Below the pieces are notes generated by a model. That model saw only the letters and a list, made by a program, of their open reading frames with translations. It was not told the origin of the DNA and did no database searches. The translations under genes were made by a program, and so were the position numbers. Source: a bacterium (GTDB taxonomy: Bacteria; Pseudomonadota; Alphaproteobacteria; Rs-D84). From it: a DNA stretch of 64,000 bases. Below are positions 1 to 8,476 of this stretch, piece by piece (position 1 is the stretch's first letter; every line of letters begins with the position of its first letter). The stretch covers positions 6,492 to 70,491 of the forward strand of contig JAAVBP010000002.1 in NCBI GenBank assembly GCA_014803525.1, given 5' to 3'.

Positions 1-1
1 G

Positions 2-997
2 GTTATAAACTACCTGCGACCCGATGCATTGATTGTGGCGGATCCAGGCATTGTTATGTGGGTGCGCGAAAATCATCCAGATATTCCAATTCATATTTCA
101 ACCCAGGCCAATATTTGCAGCAGTGCATCCGTCAAATTCTGGCAGGCGGCCGGCGCAAAACTCTGCGTCCTGGCGCGCGAGGTTACACATAACGACTTTA
201 AAACCATTCGCGCCGCATGCCCAGATATGGGATTGGAAATCTTTGTACATGGTGCAATGTGCATGGCGTATTCGGGACGGTGTTTGCTGTCGAACTTTGT
301 AACGGGGCGACCATCCAATCGTGGGGCATGCGCACAACTGTGCCGGTGGAAATATGATGTAATCTTGCGCGAACATGACAGCGGGATCGAGATGCCAATA
401 ACCGAAGACGACCGCGGCGCATATATTATGAATTCCAAAGATTTGTGTCTGATGCCACGTTTGGCGGATGTTTTGGCCAGTCACCCGGATTCATTAAAGA
501 TCGAAGGTCGCAACCGCAGTGAATATTATGTGGGCAGTGTTGTTCGCGCATATCGCGCGGCGATGGATACATATGCGGCAGACCCGGAACATTTTGATCC
601 GGCGCCGTTTATGGATGCACTGAATGTGTTAGAAACGCGTGGATATACAACCGCATTCTTTGATGGGCCGGTGACCCCAGATGCACATAACTATGACACA
701 ACACGCAGTTCATCGGAATATCACGCCGCCGGCGTTATTACCGCGGTGGCCGATGATGCGATTACATTGGAACTGCGCAATGAATTGCATTCAGGCGATG
801 AAATAACGTTTATATTGCCGGGCGGAATTGATGTGGCACGCGTTACGCTGACACAATTAATCAACGCCGCAAATGGCGAAGTACTTCCTAAATTTGCCGC
901 CGGCATGGGCCACAGTATTATTATACCGCGCGCATGGCTGGGCACGGCCGCGGCCGATAAATTCGTACCATATGTATTGGCGTACAAGCGGAAATAA
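2..997 (+). CDS. Peptidase U32 family protein, 5' end cut by window edge
   Basis: Frame is open from base 2 (..DALIVADPG..). U32 signature EIFVHGAMCMAYSGRCLLS is present. TAA at 995-997. Confidence 0.85.
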   Translation, partial: VINYLRPDALIVADPGIVMWVRENHPDIPIHISTQANICSSASVKFWQAAGAKLCVLAREVTHNDFKTIRAACPDMGLEIFVHGAMCMAYSGRCLLSNFVTGRPSNRGACAQLCRWKYDVILREHDSGIEMPITEDDRGAYIMNSKDLCLMPRLADVLASHPDSLKIEGRNRSEYYVGSVVRAYRAAMDTYAADPEHFDPAPFMDALNVLETRGYTTAFFDGPVTPDAHNYDTTRSSSEYHAAGVITAVADDAITLELRNELHSGDEITFILPGGIDVARVTLTQLINAANGEVLPKFAAGMGHSIIIPRAWLGTAAADKFVPYVLAYKRK

Positions 998-1022
998 AAA
1001 CGGGGACACGCCCCGTTTTTTG
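996..1022. terminator. Bidirectional intrinsic terminator
   Basis: CGGGG-loop-CCCCG hairpin (1001-1015) flanked by an A-run and a T-run, between convergent genes. Confidence 0.7.
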
Positions 1023-1029
1023 CAAATAC

Positions 1030-2478
1030 CTATTTCCATTCCGCCGGGATAGACGTATAATCGTCCAAATTTGTATCGCCGGAATAACAGCCAACAACAT
1101 GCTCTGTGTTGGCGTCCGGCCATATTTCATATAAATATTTACCATTTATACGCGCGGACAGTCCGGCAAGCGATGTACAGCCATAAAACATATCCCCAAA
1201 CATAAAAGTCCTTGCCATGCCCGATATATTACCAAACAGCTTTTCTGGGATGGATGTAAGCTTGCCGCAGTTATAAAATGTGTGAGAAAACATACTATCT
1301 GCCGGCGCACCGAAAATGCCTGCAAAAAGATTTTCCGGGATGGACGTTAAATTACTGCATCCGAAAAATGTTCTGTAAAACATATTGCCCGCCGGCGCGC
1401 CCTTTATCCCCGCAAACAGGCCTTCGGGGATGGATGTCAAACTACGGCATCCCTCAAATGTTCTCTGGAACATATAAGTTGCCGGCGCACCCTTTATCCC
1501 CGCAAACAGGTTTGCCGGAATGGTCGTCAGATTACAACATCCGGCAAATGTGCCACCGAACATATTTGATGCTGGGGCGCCTGATATCCCCGCAAACAAG
1601 TTTTCCGGGATGGACGTCAAATTACTGCATCCAGCAAATGTGCCAAAGAACATATGGTATGCCGGGGCGCCCGATATCTCCGCAAACAAGGTTTCCGGGA
1701 TGGACGTCAAATTACTGCATCCGTCAAATGTGCAAAAGAACATATATTGTACCGCCACCCCCGATACGCCCGCAAACAAATCTCCTGGGATATCGCCGGC
1801 CAGGTTGGTACAGTTGTAAAAAGTCTGATAAAAACGTGGTTGCTGACCATTCACACGGCCGTCCCCAACTGTTGCAAATACCGCCCCCAATGACCCGGAT
1901 ATTCCGGCAACATTTTTATTACTTGCAAAAGATATAGCAACGGCGTTATAGCTGGTGCCATAGCCCGTGGCGCGCCCACCAATGCCGATGGTATGCGCAC
2001 CAGCGGTGGCATACGTGTGACGGTATGCTGTTTCAGTCGTGTTTGTGCGCTTGATTATATCCTTGGTTCCATCACCCCATTCGATTTGAAATGTGCCACG
2101 CGCAGACATTGTGAATTCAAATTCTGCCGTGTCGTTGGTAGTCGTAACAAAAAATTTCGATTCTATTTTTATCAAGCGATTGGTTGCATCAATCGACGCG
2201 TCTGTATCTGCGGCCTGTTTCGTCGCATATTCACTGTGCAGATAATCCGTAGTTGCCGTACCATTCAATCGTTTATTCGTTATATCCACCATCCCGAGTA
2301 GATATTCCATATTTGCCGCGACCTTTGGATTTGTAACAGATGGATTATACGGAATCGAAACACCCCATTTCTGTTCAATTAATAAATGAATATATTCAAC
2401 ATTCACCATTTCCGCCGTATGCGCAGAATGGGACAACAAAATGCCCATAAAACCCAACAAAATCAATAGCCTGCTCAC
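1030..2478 (-). CDS. Secreted BspA/DUF285-like repeat surface protein, paralog 1 (482 aa)
   Basis: GTG start behind a GGAGAGA SD. Signal peptide MSRLLILLGFMGILLSHSAHTA. N-domain (KFFVTTT..FEFTMSA..WGDGT), then units MFxxTFxGCSNLTSIPENLFAGISGAPA, then C-terminal INGKYLYEIWPDA..IPAEWK. Alignable end to end with ORF 27777..29528. Confidence 0.75.
   Translation of the reverse strand: MSRLLILLGFMGILLSHSAHTAEMVNVEYIHLLIEQKWGVSIPYNPSVTNPKVAANMEYLLGMVDITNKRLNGTATTDYLHSEYATKQAADTDASIDATNRLIKIESKFFVTTTNDTAEFEFTMSARGTFQIEWGDGTKDIIKRTNTTETAYRHTYATAGAHTIGIGGRATGYGTSYNAVAISFASNKNVAGISGSLGAVFATVGDGRVNGQQPRFYQTFYNCTNLAGDIPGDLFAGVSGVAVQYMFFCTFDGCSNLTSIPETLFAEISGAPAYHMFFGTFAGCSNLTSIPENLFAGISGAPASNMFGGTFAGCCNLTTIPANLFAGIKGAPATYMFQRTFEGCRSLTSIPEGLFAGIKGAPAGNMFYRTFFGCSNLTSIPENLFAGIFGAPADSMFSHTFYNCGKLTSIPEKLFGNISGMARTFMFGDMFYGCTSLAGLSARINGKYLYEIWPDANTEHVVGCYSGDTNLDDYTSIPAEWK
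1159..1833 (-). repeat. In-frame tandem coding repeats, 90-nt (30-aa) period, about 7.5 units
   Basis: The motif recurs at exactly 30-residue spacing over aa 216-440 of the ORF. The repeats also create the long antisense ORF 1278..1937. Confidence 0.85.
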
Positions 2479-2604
2479 TATTCTCTCCTATGCCTAAAAA
2501 AACGGTCCTTTCGATTAGGCATAGTTGGGGCATAAAAAACACTGGATTTATAAGGGTATTTTTTCTATTATTTGCACGTATTTAAACCACCCTTTTTTTA
2601 CGAC
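2479..2604 (-). promoter_or_regulatory. Conserved 5' leader/promoter block of the repeat-protein genes (copy 1)
   Basis: About 126 nt alignable with 29529..29654. A 72-bp core is flanked by 16-bp imperfect inverted repeats (2496-2511 AAAAAAACGGTCCTTT; 2584-2599 AAACCACCCTTTTTTT). A 10-bp hairpin CTATGCCTAA/TTAGGCATAG lies next to the SD. Confidence 0.55.
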
Positions 2605-2908
2605 ATTTTTACGGGATTGCGACGGTTGTGATCCTTTTGTCACGCCCGCGCTCTTTTTGTCACGCCTAGCTCGGCGGGAGTGGGTCTAAACAGTTTTTGT
2701 TCGCACATAACATTTTTGTCCTTTAACAGACCATCATTTACTATGGTTGATAGACCCTATTCCCGCCGGGCTGGTGATAATACAGGACAGTGGGCATTAT
2801 TGCGTTCCAGAAACGGTCTAATTGCCACCACCCACACTGGGGCTCACGGAAATAAAATTTCCGTGGGTGATTCCTAGAGGAGAACTTTGTTCCTAAACTA
2901 GGCTCATA

Positions 2909-3043
2909 CTAATTGCCCCCGCCTGGGCGGGGGCTGGCGTGTGAAACACGACTGGGGGTGGCCATTTACGTACTCCGCAACACTTGCCACCCCCCGATGG
3001 CTAACGCCATCACCCCCCGCCCGCGGCGGTGGGAATTATTACG
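2909..3043. repeat. GC-rich composite palindromic repeat (units a-b-c)
   Basis: Unit a 2909-2936 (GCCCCCGCCTGGGCGGGGGC), unit b 2950-2975 (GACTGGGGGTGGCCATTTACGTACTCC), unit c 2986-3043 (GCCACCCCCCGATGGC..GCCATC..CGGCGGTGGGAATTA). All three recur at 51684-51899. Confidence 0.75.
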
Positions 3044-3093
3044 CATCCAGCACGCACAACTTTTTCACTCTTTCACTTTTTAACTTTTTCACT

Positions 3094-3121
3094 AAAAAAA
3101 TCCCCATTCCGGGGATTTTTT
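3094..3121 (-). terminator. Intrinsic terminator after cvpA
   Basis: ATCCCC-loop-GGGGAT hairpin with a flanking U-run, directly after the stop codon. Confidence 0.65.
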
Positions 3122-4004
3122 ACTCTGCATTCTCAGCAGCGCGTGCGGCGGTTTCAATTTGTAATAGCTGATTTTCTAATGCCGTCCGCTCTGATGTTTT
3201 ATAGCCGGTCTCGGGCGCGGCGGTTGGCGCCGGGACCGGGGTCGGCTTTGGCGGGGGGGGCTGTTTTTTCACGGGCGCCGCGACCTGGTTCGATTCCGAT
3301 TTTTTCGTCGCAGGTTTGGTTGGCTTTGATTCAGACTTTTTTTCTGTCTTGGCTTCAATTTGCGACGTATTTTTTGCCGGTGTTTTTGATTCTGTTGCGA
3401 TCGGCGCGCCAACTGTCGCTGTATCGACAACCGCCGGATTGATCAGGTTTTTATAAATTTCCATTGCTTCCTGGGTGCCGATTACGTCGCGCTGTAACAA
3501 CTTGTTTTCTTCCCCGGGCAGGAACCATTTATCCAACTTTACCGCGGTTAATTGCATTATCGGGCGCGTACGTGCATCCGCAATCCAGTTTGGCAGCATC
3601 GGCGCATCAGAATAATACCACAGCATTATCCAATACACCACGCCCATGACAACGATACCGCGAACGATACCGAATATTACGCCCAACGTATGATCGGTAA
3701 CATTCATCATGCTTTCCTGGATCTTGTCACGCAGTTTCTGGTTAAAGAACCCAACCACCAACAAGATTACAAAGAATACAATAAAGTATGATGAAACCAA
3801 CGTTCCAACCGTGGATTCTGCCAGTCCAAACCATTTCTGGAACAGTCCATCCAACAACGGCGACACAAAACGTGCGGTTACCGCGGCAACCACCCAAGAT
3901 AATGTTGCCACCGTTTCATATATGCCGCCGCGAATTGTCGCCCATATGGTCGACGCCAGAATTACACCGATATAAACGTAATCAAGACTTGTCAGATTAA
4001 ACAT
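3120..4004 (-). CDS. cvpA: CvpA family membrane protein with low-complexity Pro/Lys/Ala-rich C-terminal tail
   Basis: N-terminal 4-TM CvpA-like region (DYVYIGVILASTIWATIRGG..). The tail contains KKQPPPPKPTPVPAPTAAP. Confidence 0.7.
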   Translation of the reverse strand: MFNLTSLDYVYIGVILASTIWATIRGGIYETVATLSWVVAAVTARFVSPLLDGLFQKWFGLAESTVGTLVSSYFIVFFVILLVVGFFNQKLRDKIQESMMNVTDHTLGVIFGIVRGIVVMGVVYWIMLWYYSDAPMLPNWIADARTRPIMQLTAVKLDKWFLPGEENKLLQRDVIGTQEAMEIYKNLINPAVVDTATVGAPIATESKTPAKNTSQIEAKTEKKSESKPTKPATKKSESNQVAAPVKKQPPPPKPTPVPAPTAAPETGYKTSERTALENQLLQIETAARAAENAE

Positions 4005-4040
4005 ATTTTTTCGCCATTACTTCGCCATAATTTTTTTACA

Positions 4041-4595
4041 CTAATTGCGCTTGTTCCGGCGTATTAAATACGCGCCCAATCCAACAATCAACATTGCCAC
4101 CAGCGCCCCAAACAGTACCGCAGATTTTCCGCCATGTTTTTCCGCGACATTCGCATCTGTTACTGCGTCTGCGCGGTCTGCGTTGGCGGCCTTAAAACCC
4201 GCTGGGTCTGCGGCCATTTTTGCCTTGTTTTCTGTGGCGGCCTGTTTATCGGCATCGGACATGTCCACCTCTATCGCGGCGCGAATGTCATCCTGCATAA
4301 AGTCGGCATATCCCTGGAAACATTTTTCACCGACAACCATAACCGGAACGCCACCGGATTCATATTCGCACTGTTTTAACGCATCTTCGAACAACGGCAG
4401 ATTTCCATCTTCCATAACATTTACCTGGGTTACCTTTATTTGCGGATATTCATATATTAATGTTTCGCCGATAAAATCCAATGCATGATGACAATGCGGG
4501 CATGACGGCGAATAATAAATCGTAATATCCGCAGCCGACGCCGCACCCATAAACGCAAAACCAAATACGGTCGCCAAAACTGATAATTTTTTCAT
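4041..4595 (-). CDS. Exported thioredoxin/glutaredoxin-fold protein (CPHC) with C-terminal membrane anchor
   Basis: Signal peptide MKKLSVLATVFGFAFMGAASA. ITIYYSPSCPHCHH redox motif. GGVPVMVVG. Hydrophobic C-terminal helix. Confidence 0.6.
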   Translation of the reverse strand: MKKLSVLATVFGFAFMGAASAADITIYYSPSCPHCHHALDFIGETLIYEYPQIKVTQVNVMEDGNLPLFEDALKQCEYESGGVPVMVVGEKCFQGYADFMQDDIRAAIEVDMSDADKQAATENKAKMAADPAGFKAANADRADAVTDANVAEKHGGKSAVLFGALVAMLIVGLGAYLIRRNKRN

Positions 4596-4738
4596 TTTTT
4601 CTCCTTAAGAATATTTATGCACTGATTATAGAAAATACACGCGCCCGCGTGCAAGCCATTTTTCGCGAAAATTTTGTAAAAATTTCCTGTTGTAAAGCCG
4701 GTGTTTTATGCGCACAATTATAAAAAAAAGGAGAAAAG

Positions 4739-5323
4739 ATGTTCACATTAACACAATTCCCATTGCCTTATTCCGAGACAGCGTTGGCACCATATATCAG
4801 CGCAGAAACATTAAACTATCATCATGGCAAACATGTTGCAACATACATCAAAAATCTGAACGATTTAATCACAGGCACAAAATATGCGGATATGCCGTTG
4901 ATTGATATTATCAAAGAATCTGATGGAACCGATCAAAAGATATTTAACAATGCCGCCCAGGTGTACAATCACGACTTCTTTTTCAATTGCATGCGTCCGG
5001 CAGATAAGAAATCCACCGTGCCGGTAAAACTGGCCGATGCATTCGGTGGCACAGACAAACTGCGGGACCAGTTCAAGGCGGCCGCATTGTCAGTATTTGG
5101 CAGCGGCTGGGCATGGATTGTCCGCGACGGTGACGAATACAAAATCATAACAACCGCCAACGCTGACACACCAATTGCGCATGGTATGACACCACTGTTT
5201 ACAATCGATGTATGGGAACACGCATACTATCTGGACTATCAAAATCGCCGCGCAGAATTTATCGATGCGGTGTGGGATAATCTGGCCAATTGGGATTTTG
5301 TTGCGGAAAACATGGAATTGTAA
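4739..5323 (+). CDS. sodB: Fe/Mn superoxide dismutase
   Basis: LPYSETALAPYIS..NYHHGKHV and the DVWEHAYYLDYQNRR signature. Confidence 0.92.
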   Translation: MFTLTQFPLPYSETALAPYISAETLNYHHGKHVATYIKNLNDLITGTKYADMPLIDIIKESDGTDQKIFNNAAQVYNHDFFFNCMRPADKKSTVPVKLADAFGGTDKLRDQFKAAALSVFGSGWAWIVRDGDEYKIITTANADTPIAHGMTPLFTIDVWEHAYYLDYQNRRAEFIDAVWDNLANWDFVAENMEL

Positions 5324-5330
5324 CAATTTT

Positions 5331-5362
5331 AAAAAAAACGGGGCCGATGGCCCCTTTTTTTT
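5331..5362. terminator. Bidirectional intrinsic terminator
   Basis: GGGGCC-GAT-GGCCCC hairpin flanked by A8 and T8. Confidence 0.75.
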
Positions 5363-6752
5363 ATTTATACCGATCATATATAACCGGTGTTTTATTTATC
5401 GTATATATCCGCCCGTCATTTTTTCGATTATAGTATATATACATAACATTTGATATTTCGTCATCTGTCATCCATGGGTTGGCGGGGCCGATAACTTGGC
5501 GCTGAGTATTATGGGGAAAGACATGATGAAACGTATTATCAAACACGCGCGTATACGCATCACGAAAAGACGCACTGGTAACCATATTCATAATGATTAC
5601 ACCATCATCAGCAACGCGTGATTTTATCCGGTTCATAAATTCGATCGTGATCAAGTTTTCTGGAATCTGATAAGAATTCGAATACACGTCCAGCAATATC
5701 AGATCATATTTTTCGGGCGTATTTTTCAAATACTGGCTGGCGTCACGAACGATGAACTTTTTGTTGGGTGTCAGTTTCTTGTTTAAAAACTTTTGCTCTG
5801 ATATATCTTTCAGTGTCGGTTCAATATCAACAAATGTATAATCGTTGAAATCATCATTAAGGCCCGCCGTAAAGCCGCCAGCCCCCAATACCAGAATCTT
5901 TCTTTTTTTATCACGCGGCATGTTATAGATAAAATTGTCATTGATATAGTTTATATATTCTGCGCCCATATTATATCCTGGGTAATACACCGACATTGGC
6001 AGACCATTCATATACAGCACACGCACATCATCGCCGCCATTCATAACAGATATTGTGGAATTTGCGTTATTTACCAGTATGCCAAATCGACGTTCCTGCA
6101 GGCCGTTACTGTTTATAACCGCGGCGGCCGCGCATATACATATTGCGGCAACCCCAATACGCACGCGTGGTGTCACAATAAATGCCGCACCCACCGCCAA
6201 TACCACGATTAAAATCACCGTGTTATTCACACCAACAAACGGCATAAACAACAGTGTTGTTGCAATTGATGCAACAACCGACCCAATGGTATCCCATGCC
6301 ATAATATTGCCGGCATAATTTGTATTATATTTATGCAGCATACGTGACAACAGCGTCGTATTAAACCCAAATAAAAACGGCCCAACCGACAGGAATATCA
6401 ACGCAAATATAAATGTTTGAACAACGCCTGATTTAATGCCGACGCCATACATAATGCCAAAGAAATCTGACATTATCGGAAACGATGCGGCGATAACCGC
6501 CATAACCGATATCGTCAGAAACCCGGCACACAGCATTTTACGCGTGCGCGCCACGTCAAAATTACCGCGCGTACCCAGAAAATACCCCAGTGACATAAAC
6601 CCCATAAAGCATCCCATAATAATACTGGTGATGACGGCGGCACTGCCCACGAAAAACGATAATTGACGCATGATCAGCAGTTCCAGGCCCATGCTGACAA
6701 AGCCGTTTAAAAATATAAGAAATACAAGCCAGATTTTCATCTTTTGCGTCAT
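5361..6752 (-). CDS. Fused polytopic membrane / spermidine synthase-like (class I methyltransferase fold) protein
   Basis: About 7 N-terminal TM segments, then ILVLGAGGFTAG..DLILLDVYSN, typical of spermidine-synthase-like domains. Confidence 0.65.
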   Translation of the reverse strand: MTQKMKIWLVFLIFLNGFVSMGLELLIMRQLSFFVGSAAVITSIIMGCFMGFMSLGYFLGTRGNFDVARTRKMLCAGFLTISVMAVIAASFPIMSDFFGIMYGVGIKSGVVQTFIFALIFLSVGPFLFGFNTTLLSRMLHKYNTNYAGNIMAWDTIGSVVASIATTLLFMPFVGVNNTVILIVVLAVGAAFIVTPRVRIGVAAICICAAAAVINSNGLQERRFGILVNNANSTISVMNGGDDVRVLYMNGLPMSVYYPGYNMGAEYINYINDNFIYNMPRDKKRKILVLGAGGFTAGLNDDFNDYTFVDIEPTLKDISEQKFLNKKLTPNKKFIVRDASQYLKNTPEKYDLILLDVYSNSYQIPENLITIEFMNRIKSRVADDGVIIMNMVTSASFRDAYTRVFDNTFHHVFPHNTQRQVIGPANPWMTDDEISNVMYIYYNRKNDGRIYTINKTPVIYDRYK

Positions 6753-6822
6753 GAATTATCCCCTTACCTTTGTACGCGACGCATGCTACTAAAAAAATGA
6801 TTATGCGGCAAATAAAAACTTT

Positions 6823-7134
6823 TTAATGTGCATTCAACAGACGAACATCGCTGAACTCTGGGTGACGACCAAACATTGCCGCCGCAAAAGGACACAGTGC
6901 TATAACCTTGCGTCGTTGGGCGCGCGCCATATCGACCACGGCCGCAACCAGCCCCAGTCCCACACGCGCCCCACGGAAGGCGGCGTCAACCTCGGTATGG
7001 TCAATAATCATTTTATCTGCGCCGGTGTTCACAAATGTTATATTGCCAACATTACGGCCATTATACTGGGCATAGAATCCCTGGCCATCGGCAAACAATA
7101 TATATTTCACGTCATACGCCATTGCAATCCCCAT
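6823..7134 (-). CDS. Small GNAT-like N-acetyltransferase (YjdJ type)
   Basis: IIDHTEVDAAFRGARVGLGLV..ALCPFAAAMF matches the short GNAT-like fold. The start may be Met5 (7122). Confidence 0.6.
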   Translation of the reverse strand: MGIAMAYDVKYILFADGQGFYAQYNGRNVGNITFVNTGADKMIIDHTEVDAAFRGARVGLGLVAAVVDMARAQRRKVIALCPFAAAMFGRHPEFSDVRLLNAH

Positions 7135-7207
7135 TCTTGATATAAAAAATTATAGCCGGACAATACTCGTCCGGCCATAGGGTTGTTATCCCGTGAATTT
7201 ATTGATA

Positions 7208-8137
7208 TCAAATTGCATCGTAATTTTTGCGAATTGTTGCCGCACTGCGACGCAGGGCGGCGGCCTCGGCCACCGACAATTTCGGACGCAGTGACGCCAT
7301 GACCCCCATTTCGCCAACAACGCGCGGCATTGACATTGCAACCGCGTTACGGCCCGTGCCATCGGTCATGCTGACGGTTAAAATGCGACGTTCATCATTT
7401 GCGATGCAACGAACCAGGTCTGCCACCGCCGCACCGATTCCGTCCCATGTCGCGCCACGGCCACGAATGATTTCATATGCCGCATTACGCACGCGATATT
7501 CAATTGTCTGGCGTGTCGTTGCAGCCAAGGTGTTTTTCGTCTGGCGACAAAATTCATCCAACGCCACGCCACCGATGCATGCTGCGTTCCATGCGATAAC
7601 ACTGCTGTCGCCATGTTCGCCCAGAACGTATGCATTAACAGACCGGGTTGATACACTTATTTGTCGGGCTAATATTGTACGCAGACGCGCCGAATCCAGC
7701 ATTGTGCCCGTACCAATCACGCGCGCCGCCGGTAATTTAGACAATTTTTGGGCCAGCATAACCATCACATCCAGCGGATTTGTAACCATGATAATTTTAA
7801 CTTTTTTAGAATCAACATTTGCCATGACACGCGGGATAATATCTGAAATAACCGCAACATTTTTATGCAGCAAATCTGTGCGCGTTTCACCGGGGCGTTG
7901 ATTTGCACCGGCGGCGATAACAACAATATCAGACCCACGAATTGCGCGGTAATTATTCGCCGCCGTAATTTTTATATCATACGAAAATGCCGCGGCATGC
8001 CCCAAATCTTCGGCCGCAGCGCGCGAACGCATACCATCACGATCCATCAAAACCATTTCCCGGGCAAGCCCCGTTCCAGCCACTGCGGTTGCGACCGCCG
8101 CACCAACCGACCCAATACCAATAATTGCTATTTTCAT
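7208..8137 (-). CDS. ldh: L-lactate dehydrogenase
   Basis: MKIAIIGIGSVGAAVA Rossmann motif, AGANQRPGETRTDLL (Gln at the LDH specificity position), VLGEHGDS. GGAGAGGG SD before ATG at 8137. The longer tracked ORF (to 8290) runs into the leader RNA element. Confidence 0.85.
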   Translation of the reverse strand: MKIAIIGIGSVGAAVATAVAGTGLAREMVLMDRDGMRSRAAAEDLGHAAAFSYDIKITAANNYRAIRGSDIVVIAAGANQRPGETRTDLLHKNVAVISDIIPRVMANVDSKKVKIIMVTNPLDVMVMLAQKLSKLPAARVIGTGTMLDSARLRTILARQISVSTRSVNAYVLGEHGDSSVIAWNAACIGGVALDEFCRQTKNTLAATTRQTIEYRVRNAAYEIIRGRGATWDGIGAAVADLVRCIANDERRILTVSMTDGTGRNAVAMSMPRVVGEMGVMASLRPKLSVAEAAALRRSAATIRKNYDAI

Positions 8138-8202
8138 TTTATCCCTCTCCACTCTTTTAGATATAATTATACCATAATTAAGCATGAGTATCGGTAAATA
8201 AT

Positions 8203-8231
8203 TTGCTTTTCTGAAAACAATCCGATATAAT
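8203..8231 (+). promoter_or_regulatory. Sigma70-type promoter of leader RNA copy 1
   Basis: TTGCTT (8203-8208), 17-nt spacer, TATAAT (8226-8231). Nearly identical to the promoter at 51646-51674. Confidence 0.75.
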
Positions 8232-8237
8232 GGTCGT

Positions 8238-8385
8238 GCATCGGGTGACGCCCGGTGCGAGGTGTAGTAACCTCCATAGTGATTCTCCAACTGTGGTTGG
8301 AGGGTCGTGATATATATGAATAAACGACACTATACTATGATAGTTACTAACCTCCAACCGCATCTCGTCAGTGCGGGCTTTTTTA
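8238..8385 (+). ncRNA. Structured leader RNA with intrinsic terminator, copy 1 (unclassified family)
   Basis: P1 8238-8258 (GCATCGGG/CCCGGTGC). Long-range P2 8265-8280 with 8334-8349. P3 8285-8302 (CTCCAAC/GTTGGAG). P4 8304-8328 with the 15-nt loop GATATATATGAATAA. CCTCCAACC 8351-8359 is complementary to the P3 3' arm. Terminator stem 8358-8376 plus T6 at 8379-8384. Same architecture at 51491..51640 and 24908..25100. Confidence 0.7.
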
Positions 8386-8387
8386 TT

Positions 8388-8436
8388 CCCCTCCAGGGCC
8401 CGACGGGGCCCGGTCGGAGGGGTGTCACGAAGTGAC
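8388..8436. repeat. GC-rich nested palindromic insertion between leader terminator and HTH gene
   Basis: CCCCTCC..GGAGGGG (8388-8394 / 8416-8422) encloses GGGCC..GGCCC, followed by the GTCAC-GAA-GTGAC hairpin. Absent from the equivalent position in copies 2 and 3. Confidence 0.5.
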
Positions 8437-8476
8437 GGGGAGGGTTCCTTGTCACGTGAAACATATGGAGGAAAAA

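Noticed and set aside
1159-1833. Regularly spaced ~90-nt repeats were considered as a possible CRISPR array (same at 27909..28874).
   Set aside because: The units are contiguous with no unique spacers, are in-frame, encode a consistent protein motif, and have no nearby cas genes.
1278-1937. Long plus-strand ORFs antisense to the repeat-protein genes (also 27957..28767).
   Set aside because: They are artefacts of the in-frame tandem repeats. They have no start context or SD, and the minus-strand frame carries the signal peptide and conserved termini.
2620-2908. Tested this region for housekeeping RNAs (tmRNA, RNase P RNA, SRP/4.5S RNA).
   Set aside because: None of the conserved cores I know is present: GAGGAAAGTCC for RNase P, GGTTCGA-type T-arm plus tag ORF for tmRNA, and the SRP domain IV GGAA/AGCA motif.
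2941-3171. ORFs running through the GC-rich repeats (2941..3171, 3029..3442, 51657..52082, 51695..51931).
   Set aside because: They translate palindromic repeat units (the same peptide fragments appear in both loci in shuffled order), lack SD sequences, and overlap real genes or terminators.
8138-8290. N-terminal 51-codon extension of the ldh ORF (tracked ORF 7208..8290).
   Set aside because: The Rossmann motif starts right at Met52, which has a strong SD. The extension is antisense to the leader RNA, has no LDH homology, and its sequence looks like translated non-coding DNA.
8300-8310. GGGTCGTGA in copy 1 resembles a conserved stretch of the ZTP (pfl) riboswitch.
   Set aside because: It is not conserved in copies 2 and 3 (GGGCTGTGA, GAGTGTGCTGA), and the rest of the pfl consensus, including the CCGCCTGGGC 3' subdomain, is missing.
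8316-8435. About 39-codon ORF inside leader RNA copy 1, starting in the P4 loop behind a GGAGGG. It could be a leader peptide for attenuation.
   Set aside because: The ATG is absent in copies 2 and 3 (their loops read ATACATAAATAA and ATATATAAATAA), so no conserved leader peptide exists.
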